A stretch of DNA of 64,000 nt. Source: Tubiluchus corallicola. Lineage: Eukaryota > Animalia > Priapulida. A program made the position numbers and the translations under genes. A model generated the notes under the pieces. That model was not told the DNA's origin. It saw only the letters and a list, made by a program, of their open reading frames with translations, and did not search any database. The stretch spans positions 186,001 to 250,000 of the forward strand of contig JAQGDQ010000178.1 in the NCBI GenBank assembly GCA_030141605.1, written 5' to 3'. Of this stretch, positions 21,391 to 35,619 are shown one piece after another (positions within the stretch are counted from its first letter, which is position 1; every line of letters starts with the position of its first letter).

Positions 21391-22689
21391 ACTGGTACCG
21401 TTTGTTTTTCCACCAAACACACACGCATTAATTTTGTGAAAAATAATAACATGTGGTATTAGTAAACGGGACCACCAGATCCTTGGAAATTGGTATGTCA
21501 GGTTAACTTGAGCATTAAGCATTACCAATTATCCTTGGGTGAATCCTAAAGAAACCCTAATATTAGCAACATTGTTTATAATTAACTTTATAAACAAAAG
21601 CTGATTAATTTTATTTACGCACTTCACATCAGCATATTACGCCTCTACAAGAAGCTATATAGATGCCACAATTTTAGTGACAAAAAAATACAAAATTAGG
21701 TGATTTGCATGATTTGAGGAAGAGAGTTTGACTATATGGTGAAGCAAATGCGCTAATTAAGTATAAGAAAAATGATTCTGATTCATTTGGGAGGGCGTCT
21801 GATAACGACAAGAACAATCATAATTAAAGCAACACTGGCGATATAATTATGACAATCACTTTGATTTTCTCAGACATTTAGAGTAATGTTTTTTTAGGTT
21901 AAAATTACAATCCGTGTCAATAAAGAAATTATACATTTAGTTTAAATAAGCTTCGACTATGTCTGTATCTGTATGTTTCTATGTAAATGTAATTGTGTCT
22001 GAATCTAACTTCAAATGATTGTATATTACTACTTATTTAATTTGACCCATTTTTGCTCCTTTACCATTTCTTGCTATTTACTGCACTAAACGTATCACAC
22101 GAATATGAATTTCATGGTATTATGGTACAGAAGTTTTTTTGATTTAATATAATTTTAAGTGAAAGATACAATCCGCGTCAATGCAGAAAATACGTTTTTT
22201 GCAATAGGACTAGATGTGTCACTGCTGGTGGCTCTTTGGTGTTTTTTGAATTACCGAGGTAATTGTTCATCAAATTTTGTCAAACACAGCAATTTAACCA
22301 TATTAGTTTGATTAATTAAGAAAAAATAGTTATGACTTTAGCAAAAATCATATAGAATAAAAGTGGTTAAGATCAATACACTAAAAAGGTAAAACAATAC
22401 TGTGCACAACAAAATATCCACGAGTGTGTATACTAACACGACAGCCTTCCGAGTAGGGCCTAATTTAGACCCAGACTGCCAGCTCACCCAAGTCCCATTA
22501 TCAGCATCTGCATGTCGGCTCACGTTATTCCTTGGAGGTCACTGATCCAACGAAATTTTCACAGTTGGCGGAGGTCTGAGCATAGTTGGGCAGTAAAAAT
22601 TTGTTGCCTAGCAACGCCCAAAGATCTAACAATGGCATTTTGCTTTCAGCTTTCGAAATCGATCTACTCAAAAACTGCTGAGCACGAAT

Positions 22690-23745
22690 GTAAGGAAAAA
22701 CGGCACAGGTAAAAATGGCACAAGTAAAAACAGCACAGGTTAAAATGACACGGGTAAAAATGGCACAGAAAACAGTGGCACACTTATTAAAATATGAGTT
22801 TAGGATAAAGGATAATTATTTTAGTTATTTTTGTATCTGCCAAAGAAGTTTGTCAACACAGTTTGTCCAATAGTTTAGTTGTTTTTTGTCTTTTTAATTA
22901 TAGATGACAAAATTCTTAGACGTAGTCTTGTTTATCCTTACCCCAGAGCAAATGAGCTGAATGGATGACGACTCGATACTACTGGCCAAATGATTTATTA
23001 TTGGGCCGAAACTTGCAAGTTATACTTACAGAGTTGTTCTATATCAAAATAAGTAAAAGAGTTAAGTTAATAAGAAAGAGCTAGCTAAGACGCTCACAGT
23101 TTGATGAAAAACGTGACGAACACACGCTGCAACGCAAAAATGATGCAGTTCAGCTTGGGCAGCAGGTGACTTGGCCTGATCTACATACACTCTTATCTGG
23201 AAGTGCACAGGTCAGTTGTCGCTCTTGTTTGCCTTCTATTGTAAAGGTCACCATGTCTAGTGATTGCTACATTACTGGTTTACGTCTTTAGTTATGTCCA
23301 TTGAGAATGTAGGAAGAAATGAGACAGGTAAAATGACACAGGAAAATATGACACAGGAAAAAATGGTACAGGAAAAAGTGGCGCGGTAAAAATGGCACAA
23401 GAAAAATGGCACAAATGGAAAACTGGGTCAAATAGCGCAGGTAAAAATAGTACAGGAAAAATGGCACAGGTAAAAATGACACAGGAAAAAATGACACAGG
23501 AAAAATGGTACAGGAGAAAGTGGCGGTAAAAATGGCACAAGAAACATGGCACAAACGGAAAATTGGGTAAAAATGGCGCAGGCAAAAATAGTGCAGGAAA
23601 AAATGGCACAGGAAAAATGGCATAAATGGAAAACTAGGTAAAAATGGCACAGGAAGAAATGGCACAGTAAAATGGTGTAAAACAAAATGGCACAACAAAA
23701 ATTGCACGGTGAAGATAGCACAGGAAAACACAGTAAAATATCATA
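22690..23745. repeat. Degenerate ~15-bp AAAAATGGCACAGG(T) tandem arrays in two blocks (22690-22780 and 23320-23745), probably part of a non-autonomous transposon
   Basis: Repeated aaaatggcacagg variants flanking about 540 bp of non-repetitive sequence. Confidence 0.75.
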
Positions 23746-26304
23746 GGAAATACAGCATATATATCTTCAGTATGTAGAATGCCATGTATTGGTTTCCATC
23801 ACCTAAAGACTAACAATAAGGATATACCTTAAGACCAACATAAGTGTACATGAACAAATCACAACTGCTGTGGTGAGCGTCAATCCAAACAACGCTCTGA
23901 TCCTGTAGAACTCAGGTGAGTTGCTTTTTTATAGCTTAAAGAGCTCTGGCTGCAGTTCACATGACTACCAACATGACAGACTCCAGCCTGACCACGTCCG
24001 ACCCAGTGAGCTTGAGACCGCGGAGAATTAGCCCTAGCAAGTTCTGACGTTTTTGATTAATCATTTGTATTGAAGTTTTGTCTACAAAGAGGAACACATT
24101 TTGGTTACTGACTTTGCAAGTGGTTCTCCAATATGAACAAAATCATTAGTTTTACTCTATCAGCGCAATAACGTTAACTGCTTAATTTTGAATAACCTGG
24201 AAATTTTTTGTTGTTCGGCTAAAGAAGTAAGAAATAGTAATACATTAAAAAATAAACTAGTGACTAAGGAAAAATGATAAAAAATGTTAATAAATACAAA
24301 GACTAGAAATTATAGCAACGTCAATTTGTCTGTATTTATAATAATATAAATTTAAAAAATGAATGGTCAACAACTGCTCCGTCAGAACCTAATACCCTAA
24401 AGGTGACAGTCATTTGGCAGACATCGATTATCTGCCTTTGGTGGATTCCTTACCAATGAAGTGTCTGTAACATGTTATATTCCATGCTAGTCAAGTACCG
24501 TTCAATCCAGACTCGACCAATGAACTTCTTGCAGCACGTTGGCAGTGTCTGACTCCTTAGCCGTAATCGGGAAGATCCTCCTGTTGACATAATCTCTGCA
24601 CGGACACCATGGAGGCTTGAATACATACGGGAAGCCTTTCGTGCTGCGGAACTTTCAACTGAATAAAACAGAAATTGCAGAAATCGATTTACTCCTGCCT
24701 CCTTACCTATTGTTAAAATACTGGATTTCTGAAAATTCTTGATGTTAAATTTGAAAGCAGGGATCATAGATTTGGTCAAATCACTACCCGGGGTCTTCTC
24801 TTTTTTAAGAAGCACATGGAATAGCCTTTATTTGATCCTCATTTGTAAACAATAATCATAAAAAAGAAAAACAAAAATGTTACCGATCGTTAATGATTAA
24901 TCAAAGATGTAACGCATTTAGACGGCAAAATATTCTGTTGAGCAAGACATTGATTTTAATTGAAAGGCTAGTTAGATTCAATTATGTACTTTCTAGTGGA
25001 ATTCTATCCTGAAGAATGTCAAAGACAGTAAAGCCAAAACTTCTAACTGCGTGTAACCTGATTTAACACACAATCCGACAGACCTTTGTATTGCTTTATT
25101 TAAACAATCACAGTAGATCCGCCATAATTCTATTGCAGAAAGTCATTTGGCGCAAGTTATATAACCAGTAAAGGTGCTGAAATAGTGGCACCAAGACAAA
25201 AATAAAATGTGCTTAGTATTGTAGATGAAACGTTTGACAACTTTTAGACAGGCATGTGCTGACAAAACATACTTTTTAAAATAACTTTCTGCTTTCGTAC
25301 CCGTTATGCTTTAGCAGGGAAAAATCCTATACGTACGTCCTCTTTAGAAACTTCAGCGACATCAATTAAGTTCGCCTACAAAAACTATTTGTCGGACAAA
25401 TAACTACTAACTGTCGATTATCATAGATTCACATTTAGTAACCTGCCAATTATTATTATTACTGTTATTATAAGGCCAATCTATTTTACGATCATGTACA
25501 AATGAATGATATACAAATATCATGCCTGAATGATCTAATCATTGAAAATGCAGAAATCGAAATTATGATTTAATCACAGCGGCAACTCAATGATTTGCTG
25601 TTCAAATCCAGAAAAGTGCTGATTTTTCCACATTTCCTTCTTCCTAGAACATTTTGTGAGTTTAATTTAATAGAATGCGCATTTATTGTAAGGAACTATA
25701 AGGAATTCCACACTTTTGTGTGCTGATATGTAAAACCTTTTGTTCAATGAAAGTTTTATTTTATTAATAATTATTTACACAGTGTTAAGCATGCTGAATG
25801 ATAATAATTGTACTTTAGCATGCTCTGTAAATGAAGACGTTTATTGCAAGTATTATATGATCCATTGAAATTAATGTAATACCAAACGCTTAAGCAAATT
25901 AGTATTTTATTTCGATATGTTCGAGATGGTACAGCACATTCACGTAAGTTTGACACTTTTTCAAAAAGCTGCAATAGTTAAGAATAACAGTTAAAAACCA
26001 CAGGCGTGTGATACTGAAGCAGACAACACAATGTGGAACAAAAGCAGTTATTGTGATATCTAGAGTTGACCTGCAGTACTATGCTGAGGTATCCCTCTGT
26101 GTCACATCGCACATGAAGGTTTAGGTCAGACGTTGGATAGCTAATAAATACTTATCATATAAAAAAAATCGCCACCAGTAATGATGTAAATTTTTAGACA
26201 TTATTAACTAAAAGATGTATAACAAAATTCTTCTTCTGGCTCTCATTAGCCAGATCTGTTTAAGAGTTCAGGCTGGCCCTTTTATTCCTATATCAAGAAT
26301 TACT

Positions 26305-29300
26305 TTAGTTGATGAGAGATTTGTCCTCAGCTAGCAATATATGGCGCTGCACTTTGCCAAGACCGGATCTTGGAAGAATGTCCACAAACTTAACTCCACC
26401 AGTTAACCATTTTATCTCAGACAAACGCTCTGAAAAACAAAATGTCGTGAAAATTTAATAGGCTTCTAAGGTGAAACAGAAAAGTTATTTGTATAAGTAA
26501 TATTAATTTTAGCTGCATTCAAAGTAGGACTACGTTTCTAAAGACAAGTTTAACTCTGACAACTAATGTGTCCTGAAAAAAGAACAGACAAATGTGCAGA
26601 ACAGCATAAAGATGTACAACTAGTAACCCTAATTGTTTTATGGTGTACCTTTGATAAATCTTGTGACATCCTCTTCTGACAAATTTGAATTTTTCCGCAC
26701 TATATAAGCTCTAGGAAGATCGTAGTTAGGAGCATCGGGATCATCAATTCCAACAACGGCAGCATCAGTGACATCTGGGTGTGATATCAGCACAGCTTCA
26801 ATCTCATTTGGAAGGACCTACGTAGTAAAATGATTTGATCAGTATTGTCACCGCTTTTTTACTTTTTTCTTCTCTTTTTTGCTTTTTGACTTTCTTTGCT
26901 TGCCTATTTTTCCCCTTTTTGTATTTTCCCAATTCATTATTTACTACAGAATGTTCCTTCATTGCTCCATTCCTTTACCTCTTTTGCAGTTTTTCATTCT
27001 TTAAAGTACATTTTTCTTATTTATTTTTCGCATTCCTCTCTGTCCTTTAAACCTGTCATTCTGCCCTCCTTTTTTCGCTTATGTCTTGTTCTCTCCAACT
27101 TTCTTCTGCGCTTTATTTTAACTTCTTTGGTTGCTAATAGTTGATGATTTACAATCACATTAGACTGAAACAGATTGCAGTATTCTTCACATGTTGATAT
27201 CGCAGACTGAATAGCTGATATTGATTAATAGTTGCTTGTACCAATTCTGTAAAGCTAATACCAACAAAATGACAAGAAAATTGATGTGCCCACCTGATTA
27301 GAAATTAAGTCTTTGCGGTTGTAAACTTTAATCATGTTCTTTACTCGTTCGATGATCAAAAGATTTCCGTCTTTGTCGAAAGTACCGACATCTCCAGTAC
27401 GAAAAAATCCGTCGTCTGTAAAAGAGCGTGCGAATTCCTCTGGGTTGTTGAGGTAGCTTGTCATTATAGCGGGAGATTTAATCAAAATTTCTCCCTGACA
27501 CCCAGGTCCGAGTTCTTCTCCGCTGTCTCTGTTAACAATCTGAAAACAAGATCACTAAGCTCTATTGTCTGTACGAGTTCGATGTGTGTATATAGCGACT
27601 AAATGTCAAAATTGCTTAGCATTTTCTGCAACCGGACAGCCACACAGCGACCGATATTTCAAAATTATTGTAATCATCCCAAAGTGTAAATCTTCTGGTT
27701 TTTCCTTAGCAGACATACGGTGCAAGATTTCGTAATTTTTGAACCGGAAATACGTTTTACGTTGACCAGTCTGTTCTGGTGTAACGTTCAGGCGACAACA
27801 CCGCTTACGCCTGTTCTACCTGTGTTCAAGCTCCGAGTAGTTCTTTGTATGTGCATTTAATTATGATAAACTGCTTTGCACTTAAACAATTGTGTTTTTC
27901 TTATCGTAAAGGCTAAAATATTGGCAAGATGTAAGTTTTATAACTTTTCGTATAATCTTCTCATGTAGTTACAATGGTTTTTAATTTTCTGAATAGCGCA
28001 ACAAGCCTTTGCACAGTTTACCTATGCGCACGCGCAGTTTTTGTTTTTGTCTGAGTTAGCCAACGCAAAAGACCTAGACTTGGTAAAGGTTGCAACAAGG
28101 AAAGTACCTTAGCTTTGACATTAGGAAGAAGAACTGTTCTACTATCATTGCTACCGCGGTCAACTGGTTGCACTGATATTCCGCCAATTTCTGTCATACC
28201 ATATACTAAATAAAGGAATAATAAAAAGAATAACTGTATGCTGAATAAAAAATGATAAAAACAATGATGATGATGATAACATACTATGACGGTACACGCA
28301 GGCAGACGCAGCAAAGGTATCGTGCATTTCTAAGGCATTGTATTTTACACTAGACACGAACATAGTAAACGCAGAAAGTAGTCTAATATTGTACACTTGC
28401 GCCCTCTCACTCACTTATGCATTTTTGCTTTTTATTCCAGCTTTTCTTGCTCACCCACTCACTCAATCGCTCATTTTCATTCTTTCTTTCAGATCAAATT
28501 TAGCCCTTACGTGAATGAGGAATAACGAAGAGCAAAGAAAGCGAGAAGAAGGGGAGATGAGCAAGAGGGTGAGTGAGTGGATGAGCAAAAAAGCATGAGA
28601 AAAAAATAAATATCACTGAAAGAGTGGGTGAGCAAGTGAACAAATGAATAAAGTTACCATACTAATAAGAAATTGCTACGAAATTCCTATCAGCAGGAAC
28701 AAAGTTACTAACTTCTGCAGTGAAAAAGCGTATAAATATGCAATTTGATCATTTATGTGCTTGGAACTTTGTTAATGCCACACTGTTTTTTAAACAGTAA
28801 CTACAATTTCCGTTTACATTTTTGGAGGATTTTAATGAACGGTGATATAATTAATATTGCTTCCAATTTCAAATTACTTAGGTGTTAATTCTCCACTTAC
28901 ATTTATTGTGCCTACTGAAAAAGGAAACATTCAAAAAAGGGCGTACCAAAAACTCTAATAGTAACATTTTTAACGAGTCTAGAAAGGATGCTACTGCTGA
29001 CTGTTTTAAGTCATTATATTTAAGCTTAACTAACATTTCTATCTTGACAAACCTAAAATATTCTTATCATCTTCAGCATTGACAATTTTGTTTCGTCTTG
29101 CTCTTACCGTTTCTTATTAAAATGTGAGGGAACCTCTCAGCATACTCAGACACAACAGATGGGTGGAGAGCAACACCTCCACAGTAAACATCTGTTAACG
29201 AAGACAACTTTTGAGAACCATGTTTTGTCGTGCTTTGTAGGAATGCCATTAAAACTGCTGGTGAGCACACGAGTTCTTCCACCTATTAAAAAGTAATTCG

Positions 29301-29421
29301 TGACGTCATAACATGTCACCTGCCGTAACTGTATAACTGTATTGCACAGATGTCACTATGGTTCAATATTGGGTAGTGATTGCTAGGGAACTATAATCAG
29401 CGAGAAGCGAGAGGTCAGTTG

Positions 29422-29460
<39 letters not shown>

Positions 29461-31365
29461 AGGAAGAGAATGAGGAAGAAAGAACAAAAGAGAAAGAGAG
29501 ATAATGCGTTGGTATAGAAAATGCTCAGCAAGAAAATGGCAGAGCTGAGACAGCAACCTATGCAAACAACAAGAAATGAATACGTTGTTCAAGAGAATAT
29601 CGCAGAGTGCAGCAGAGGAGATGGTACGAGGTGAGCGAATAGAAAAAGGAGGAGAATGAAGGGAAAAATAAAAAGTGATAGAGAGAGGAAGAGGAAGACA
29701 GATAAGTATAAAAAATGTCCGAGTACAAAAGAGACTAAGCGGAAAATTACTAGAATTGAGACAGTAGCCAACGTGAGAAATAAGATTCACTTCCAGACTT
29801 CCAGACATATTTACAGCATCGTAACAGAACTTGATGTGACTGTTTAAACTTCAGATCAAGTTTTTAGACGAATTTCTTCTGATCGTAGTTGCTGATCACG
29901 TAGCAATATTTTAACGGCAAGATAATTCTTTTAATTTTGTGATCTATATTGATAAAATCTTGAATTAGAAATCTAGCAAAACTAAGGTAAGTCCTGTATG
30001 ACTAAAATAAAGGACATTTGCAATCGCACCTTGTAATACTCCATCATTTGCAATACAACCTCCATTTCATTATAGTTGGGAATGATGATAACTGTTGCAC
30101 CCAAGTAGAGTCCTATTAATCTTATCATCAAAAATGAAGAACTGTGAAAGAATGGCGCCACAGTTAGGGTGACTTTGCTCGGACTATGGATGGCTGCGCT
30201 TGAAAAAAAAATCAACAGTTAATTTCAGGAGGAATGAAAAATGTGAGTCAACCAGGATTCGAACTCATAACCTTTTAGTATCATATACAAAAATATTTCC
30301 CACCGAAACCTCGGCACCTAGGACAACGTTATATTTTTCCAAAGAGCAAGTAGAATGAATAAAATTCAAATGAAAAACTATGTGATAAAATAAAATCACA
30401 ACAAAGAACTCAAATTGCTGGGCTACCTGACCCAGTATTCGGAAAAGAGACCTAACACGAATGTAAAAAAGAAACACTGTTAGGTATTGCAAGCTTTGTT
30501 CAGTGTTTATATTATAAACAAATCCGCGCAGCACCTTTGCTGCATACTCGCAGATGTACTCTACTGCTGAACATTTTCATGAAGCTTGTTTCGACTGACT
30601 GCAGGATCCTCTATATATTAAAGTAAGGTACTTTGCTTCTTTAGCATATTGCGCTTGTATTGTTATGAACTGTGTATTTGAACACACTGAAAGTTGTCCT
30701 TGACAAGATTTTATATTTAGATAGACTATACTAAACAAGAGTTTTAGACAACTCTTTTGCTTTCTTTCTCTCTTCCCTTTCCACTTTCTCCCCGTCTCTC
30801 TCCCTTCCACAGTTTTGACTGATACTGAGTGGTGAAGTTTGACCAGTTTTTTAAGCCGGTTTATTTCAACTAATGATACTATTAACGTCTTTTTTAAACT
30901 TCAAAAGAAAGCAGAGTAATTTCTGCAAAAAATATGCACTATTTTCTCACTTATAGTAGACATTTGGTCTTGCAAACTTAATGTAATAATTTTTAATTAT
31001 AGTTCCATCTCACACATTTGACATTATCTACTTACGTTACAAGAATGGCATTTGAAATGTAAAAGTATTGCGAGCACAGTATTCCCTTTGGTGCCCCAGT
31101 TGTTCCGCTTGAAAAATACAGAGTTGCTGCATCTGTAGCTTTCACCTGAGCAGAAATATGCTCAAATATGTTGACGTCACTTTTCAGAAGGTCCGTAAAT
31201 GGCTTGCATCCCGTAACATCATCAAAGCAGAATACCTACAAAATATAATGATTTTTGACGAGAATATTGACTACATTTTTTAAGGCGTGAACACACATGA
31301 AAAGATTATATATATATTCATGTGCGTTTACGCCTTAAAAAATGTGGTCAATATTTTTATATAGT

Positions 31366-31443
<78 letters not shown>

Positions 31444-34400
31444 TTTTATGCATTTGTGAATACATACATACTTAGAACAATATTTTTATACACTCTTTAT
31501 CACATTAGCATTATAATGATTGGTTCGTGTTACTTTTAGTTTTTTGGGGGGTATAGAGTGTTGATATAACTGCATAACTGTGTACACAGTTTGTTACAGA
31601 ACACAGTATGTAATTTAATCTGGAAAAAACCAAATTCATATTGTTTAGATGAAATAAGCATGTAAATATGCCTAACTCACATATTAACGGAACACGTCTG
31701 AGGTGGTAGTGTAAATCACTTGGGTCACGTTGTCACTTATAATTTAGATCAGTTAGATTAGTTACCATTAAGCGCAGTAAATAAGATTTTGTTACTTCTG
31801 TAAACTCATTACTATGCTTCTTTAGAAATGTTATCGATAAACAGGTACTACTAAAACTATTTTCGAGTTTCTGTATGTCTTACTACAGTGCATCAGTATT
31901 TGATTTAACAAATAAATCTGTTATCAGTTGAATTCAGAAAAAAACATTACGACGACTCTTGGAAATCCCAAGAAGTGCACATCGCAACATGATGATATGT
32001 ATTGCTAATATGAAGCCACCTATGAACTTCTTTGCTAAACGAACGCTAAAGTTATTATAATACGTTGATATGTCTGACAATTCGGTTTTAAACACACTGT
32101 CGATTTTAAACAATCACACCAGTATTACTACGCTCAGAAAAATACCAAATACTTATGTGTAGCAGCCCATATTATATAATATGCCGATTCTCGCCCATAA
32201 GCTACGTAAACGAAATAGAAATCCCGGGGTCACGCTCATGAAATTAAAAATATATTACTAACATTGCAGACTAATTAATTATTTATATATATATATATTA
32301 ACCTATTGTATTGTATTATCAATTGTAATATTATTCTATTATTTGTATTTGCTTGTGACTGCATATATGTAACAATATGTGAATAAAGATAGTACGTATA
32401 ACAGAACAGAAGCAAGGTCTCCAAAATTAAACAAGTTTTCGCAATTTTTGGAGGGGTGGGGTACGGAGCAATTTGGCTGAGTGGTTATGGCACTGGGTTG
32501 CTAATGCAGGGATTCTGGTTCGAATCCGACTTATCTCAGGATTTTTCAAACCACCCGATTGCAACGCGCTAATCGCCTTCGTAGGTCTAACGAGCCACAG
32601 TTGTGCAACAATGTTTTACCGGGGAGGAAAGGCCATGGAGTGAACTTTAGCCACTTGTTCTCTTTGCGAAAATGCTATGAAAATAGACGTCATAATCATC
32701 GTTCCAATGCCAGACCTGTTTGGCATAGACCATTCTTCTTTCGTGTTCTTTTCCTTTTTTTGCAAAAGCAGCGCCTTTATATATTTACTGAACTTGTAAC
32801 ACTAAAACGTAATGTCTGGCAGATGACTTCAAAAATACTACTAGCTTGATAGATAGTCCTACCTGTGCTTCCCCCAAGTCAGCGTCTGTCAAAGATTTCA
32901 CGCATTCGCAACTTTGCTTGTTAGTAAATATGAAACGTACAACACCTTGGCGACGAGCTATTCCCAGAACTTTGTTAAACTCATCTAAAAATAAAAAAAT
33001 CGTCAGACTAAGTGATGATGTAATAATAACATGTCGACTAATTTTATTGTATTGGATACATTTATAAGTAAGAAGATGTAAATTATATAGCTCACCAATA
33101 ATGCAATGTAGAAATATATTCAGCTGAAAACGTTTAATTAATTTTACCAAAACAAAATTGCAGGCAAGCAGATTTTTAACTGTTTAAAAGAATGATTTTT
33201 GCATTACTTCTTATTTTCCTCACATGCTTACTAAACTTACGTTTGGTGATTTTTGGCATGATGCATGACACCACACCACCAATGGCAAGTGTACCCCACT
33301 CCACCAACGAAAATTCCAGACAGTTGTGTGCACTGATAAGTATGACATCACCATGACGCAGTCCATACTGATACAGTCCACAAGCTGTGTGGCGAATAAG
33401 CAGCTTTAACTCTTTGTATGTATATGATTTACCAGTCAAACCTTCAATCTGAAATTTGTGGTATACAGGCTTACTGCAAAGCAGAAACATTATTGGTAAT
33501 CACTCTAAAATACATCAATACATTCAGCAAAAAATATAAATCTTGTAAATCGTACCAGTTAACAAAAAAGTTGCTAGGAGGTTCAAAACCGCAGATGCAC
33601 ATATTCACTGCGGGCTGTTATTCTGACAAACTTTCTGGTAATTATGTAGACCTACTAGGCCTGCAATCACATGATCTAACCCAAGTATGGTGTAGCTTAT
33701 ACACCATACCTTATATAGCTTAAGATTATTGTGGCATTTAGTACAAGGCATAGCTTTTTGCCATTTGTATTGCCATAGCGTTTTGATATTACGTTACCAG
33801 GAATGTACGTTTTCTAGTTACAATAATGTTATAAATGTTATAACTTTTTTCATCATTACATTTTCATTTTGTTTGAAAAATCGTGTTCTAAACATCACAT
33901 GCTCATGCGCACTTTACATTCACTAATACAAGTTTTCCCCTCGATATGGATGGAACCTATGCAGATGGATTATCTTTAACTTTTAGACTTTCACAATTTT
34001 CTCCCATCTATTACGCCAAGGAAAACGACATTACTGAAGCTGCTGGAAATAATATAGAGCAATTTATGACTGATGGTCAACACGAAAATAACAAAAACCA
34101 TGTTTGTGTTGTTGTGTATTGTAATATATGTGTTTTCTTAATACACTTTTTAAATAATATTGAAAATACGAACAGTATCAGATGGTTATACATAATTGTT
34201 TTACTTGTATCACAACTGCAATAAAAGCTTAATTTTTTATTTATATCTAACTTCAGCTACTAAACTACGTTAAATTTTAAGCTTAAAACAAGATGCTAAA
34301 TGCAACGCACAGGCACTATTTAAAAAGTAGGTTGCTGTATTCTTTTGAGAAGAAGAATATATGAGTGAACCACTAATTCTCTGAATGTCTACAGAGTACA

Positions 34401-34736
34401 TATAAACAAAAAACATGCAAATAATTTATCATTTTCATTGTTAAAATGTCGTTTTGACTTTACGAAGATTCAAAAACGAACTATTAAAAAAATCATACTG
34501 ATACAAAGTTATAATTATGCGTTACTTGTGTGGCAGCTAGTAAAACACAAATGGTAATCCTACTTAAGTAGTTATCTTCTTTTGGTATTGCTTTGTTCAT
34601 CAAAAAAAAGGTGGCGTGCGCTTACCACTGCTGTTTTCTCGTCGTGTAAGGTCATTTTGTTCTCAAGAAATTCGTACAAACTTTTGTTGTCTGTCGGTAG
34701 ATCGACATCTGGACTGGGACTCGAGTAAGTCGTCAT
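26305..34736 (-). CDS. ANL-family acyl-CoA synthetase, 4-coumarate:CoA ligase / luciferase-like (copy 3), 10 coding exons, 540 aa, intact
   Basis: Exons 34736-34626, 33448-33241, 32984-32863, 31235-31036, 30198-30030, 29282-29108, 28205-28108, 27539-27294, 26817-26649, 26429-26305 (1623 nt, phases consistent). Motifs YFSSGTTGAPKG, PFFH, VYGMTE, FRTGDVG, LPRSGLGKVQR. Ends DKSLIN*. AATAAA at 26281-26286. Confidence 0.93.
31369..31440. repeat. (CT)n(AT)n compound microsatellite
   Basis: Seen directly. Confidence 0.95.
31620..32390 (+). mobile_element. 5'-truncated non-LTR retrotransposon remnant (RT C-terminal region, Proto2/L2-like) in copy 3 intron 3
   Basis: Degenerate translations SVNHLGHVVTYNLD, LKLFSSFCMSYYSASVFDL and KTLRRLLEIPRSAHRNMM resemble non-LTR ORF2 C-termini. 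Ends with GAATAAA. Confidence 0.6.
32465..32742 (+). mobile_element. tRNA-derived SINE in copy 3 intron 3
   Basis: Pol III A box TGGCTGAGTGG and B box GGTTCGAATCC, tRNA-like head, ~200-bp body and TTC tail. Second copy at 43466-43745. Confidence 0.8.
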
Positions 34737-34790
34737 AGCCTGAAACAAAAACCACAAGAATTTAAATAAAAATAAAGTGCATAAAGGTAC

Positions 34791-35191
34791 GACTCCATAT
34801 GTACGTAATTCGTGATGCGTAATGCGTATGCAACAGTTTGTGTTTAATCATGCATGTAATTACTGAATGTCCATTGTACGCTCATGTAAGAGAGGAATGT
34901 TTTGGTACCCTTTCTGATTTTTGTCCTAACTTTCATTATATGTCTTCTAATGAGTAGTTCGTGTTTTAAGTGCATCACAAAATGTAGAAGATTTGAATGT
35001 AGCCATACTCAGAAAAATGGTTTCCAAAAATTATTTCTTGCAATTTTCACGAACAGCGACTAAACATGGTGGAAAGAGCGCTATGAGCTTTGTTAATACG
35101 CATAGCGTTTACGGGTACATGGAAACAGTCAATACGCGTCACGCATTACGGATCACAGATCACGCGTTACGCATTGCATGCACATGGAGTC
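34791..35191. mobile_element. Probable MITE in the intron upstream of copy 3 coding exon 1
   Basis: Imperfect terminal inverted repeats gactccatatg...cgtaatgcgt / acgcattacg...cacatggagtc. Confidence 0.5.
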
Positions 35192-35372
35192 CTAGCTTGA
35201 GTCTAATATAACAAGCCTACATAATATGCATATTATAACCGTACTTTTTCTAAAACGTTCACAAGAATAAAGTCACTTAGCCTGTTAGTTATTGTCAATT
35301 TATAAATAATTGTAGATAGAATTGATCTATCAAAATAGAGAAAAAGAAGGGAGGGAAATAAATAATACTCAC

Positions 35373-35489
35373 TGTTACGAAAGCTAAAACAGGAAGAACG
35401 AAACACAGGTCTGAAGCACAAAAGCTAATCCCACCCTGGCCACTAACGTCTGAAGTTTTAGCTGGTGGTCCAAAGGTACGCAGTCTCAT
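35373..35489 (-). other. Upstream exon of copy 3 (5' UTR or in-frame N-terminal extension)
   Basis: Donor ACA|GTGAGTATTA at 35372. Equivalent donors sit upstream of copy 1 (8256) and copy 4 (45783). Acceptor TTTCAG|GCT ATG at 34739. Confidence 0.6.
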
Positions 35490-35619
35490 TGCGCGTGATC
35501 GTTACTTTGCACCAAGTTCATTGTTATCTTTTATTACATCATTACTGTGTACAAGGACCAACAAAGTTCTATAATGCCAATGCTATGCATATTTAATCTA
35601 AACAGAAATGTTTAGAAAA

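Noticed and set aside
23288-23731. Three overlapping Phe/Cys/His-rich ORFs
   Set aside because: Artefacts of the degenerate 15-bp tandem repeat.
32465-32545. tRNA gene (Ser-GCT-like anticodon loop)
   Set aside because: Stems are poor, it continues into a SINE body, and the second copy differs at the anticodon; it is a SINE head.
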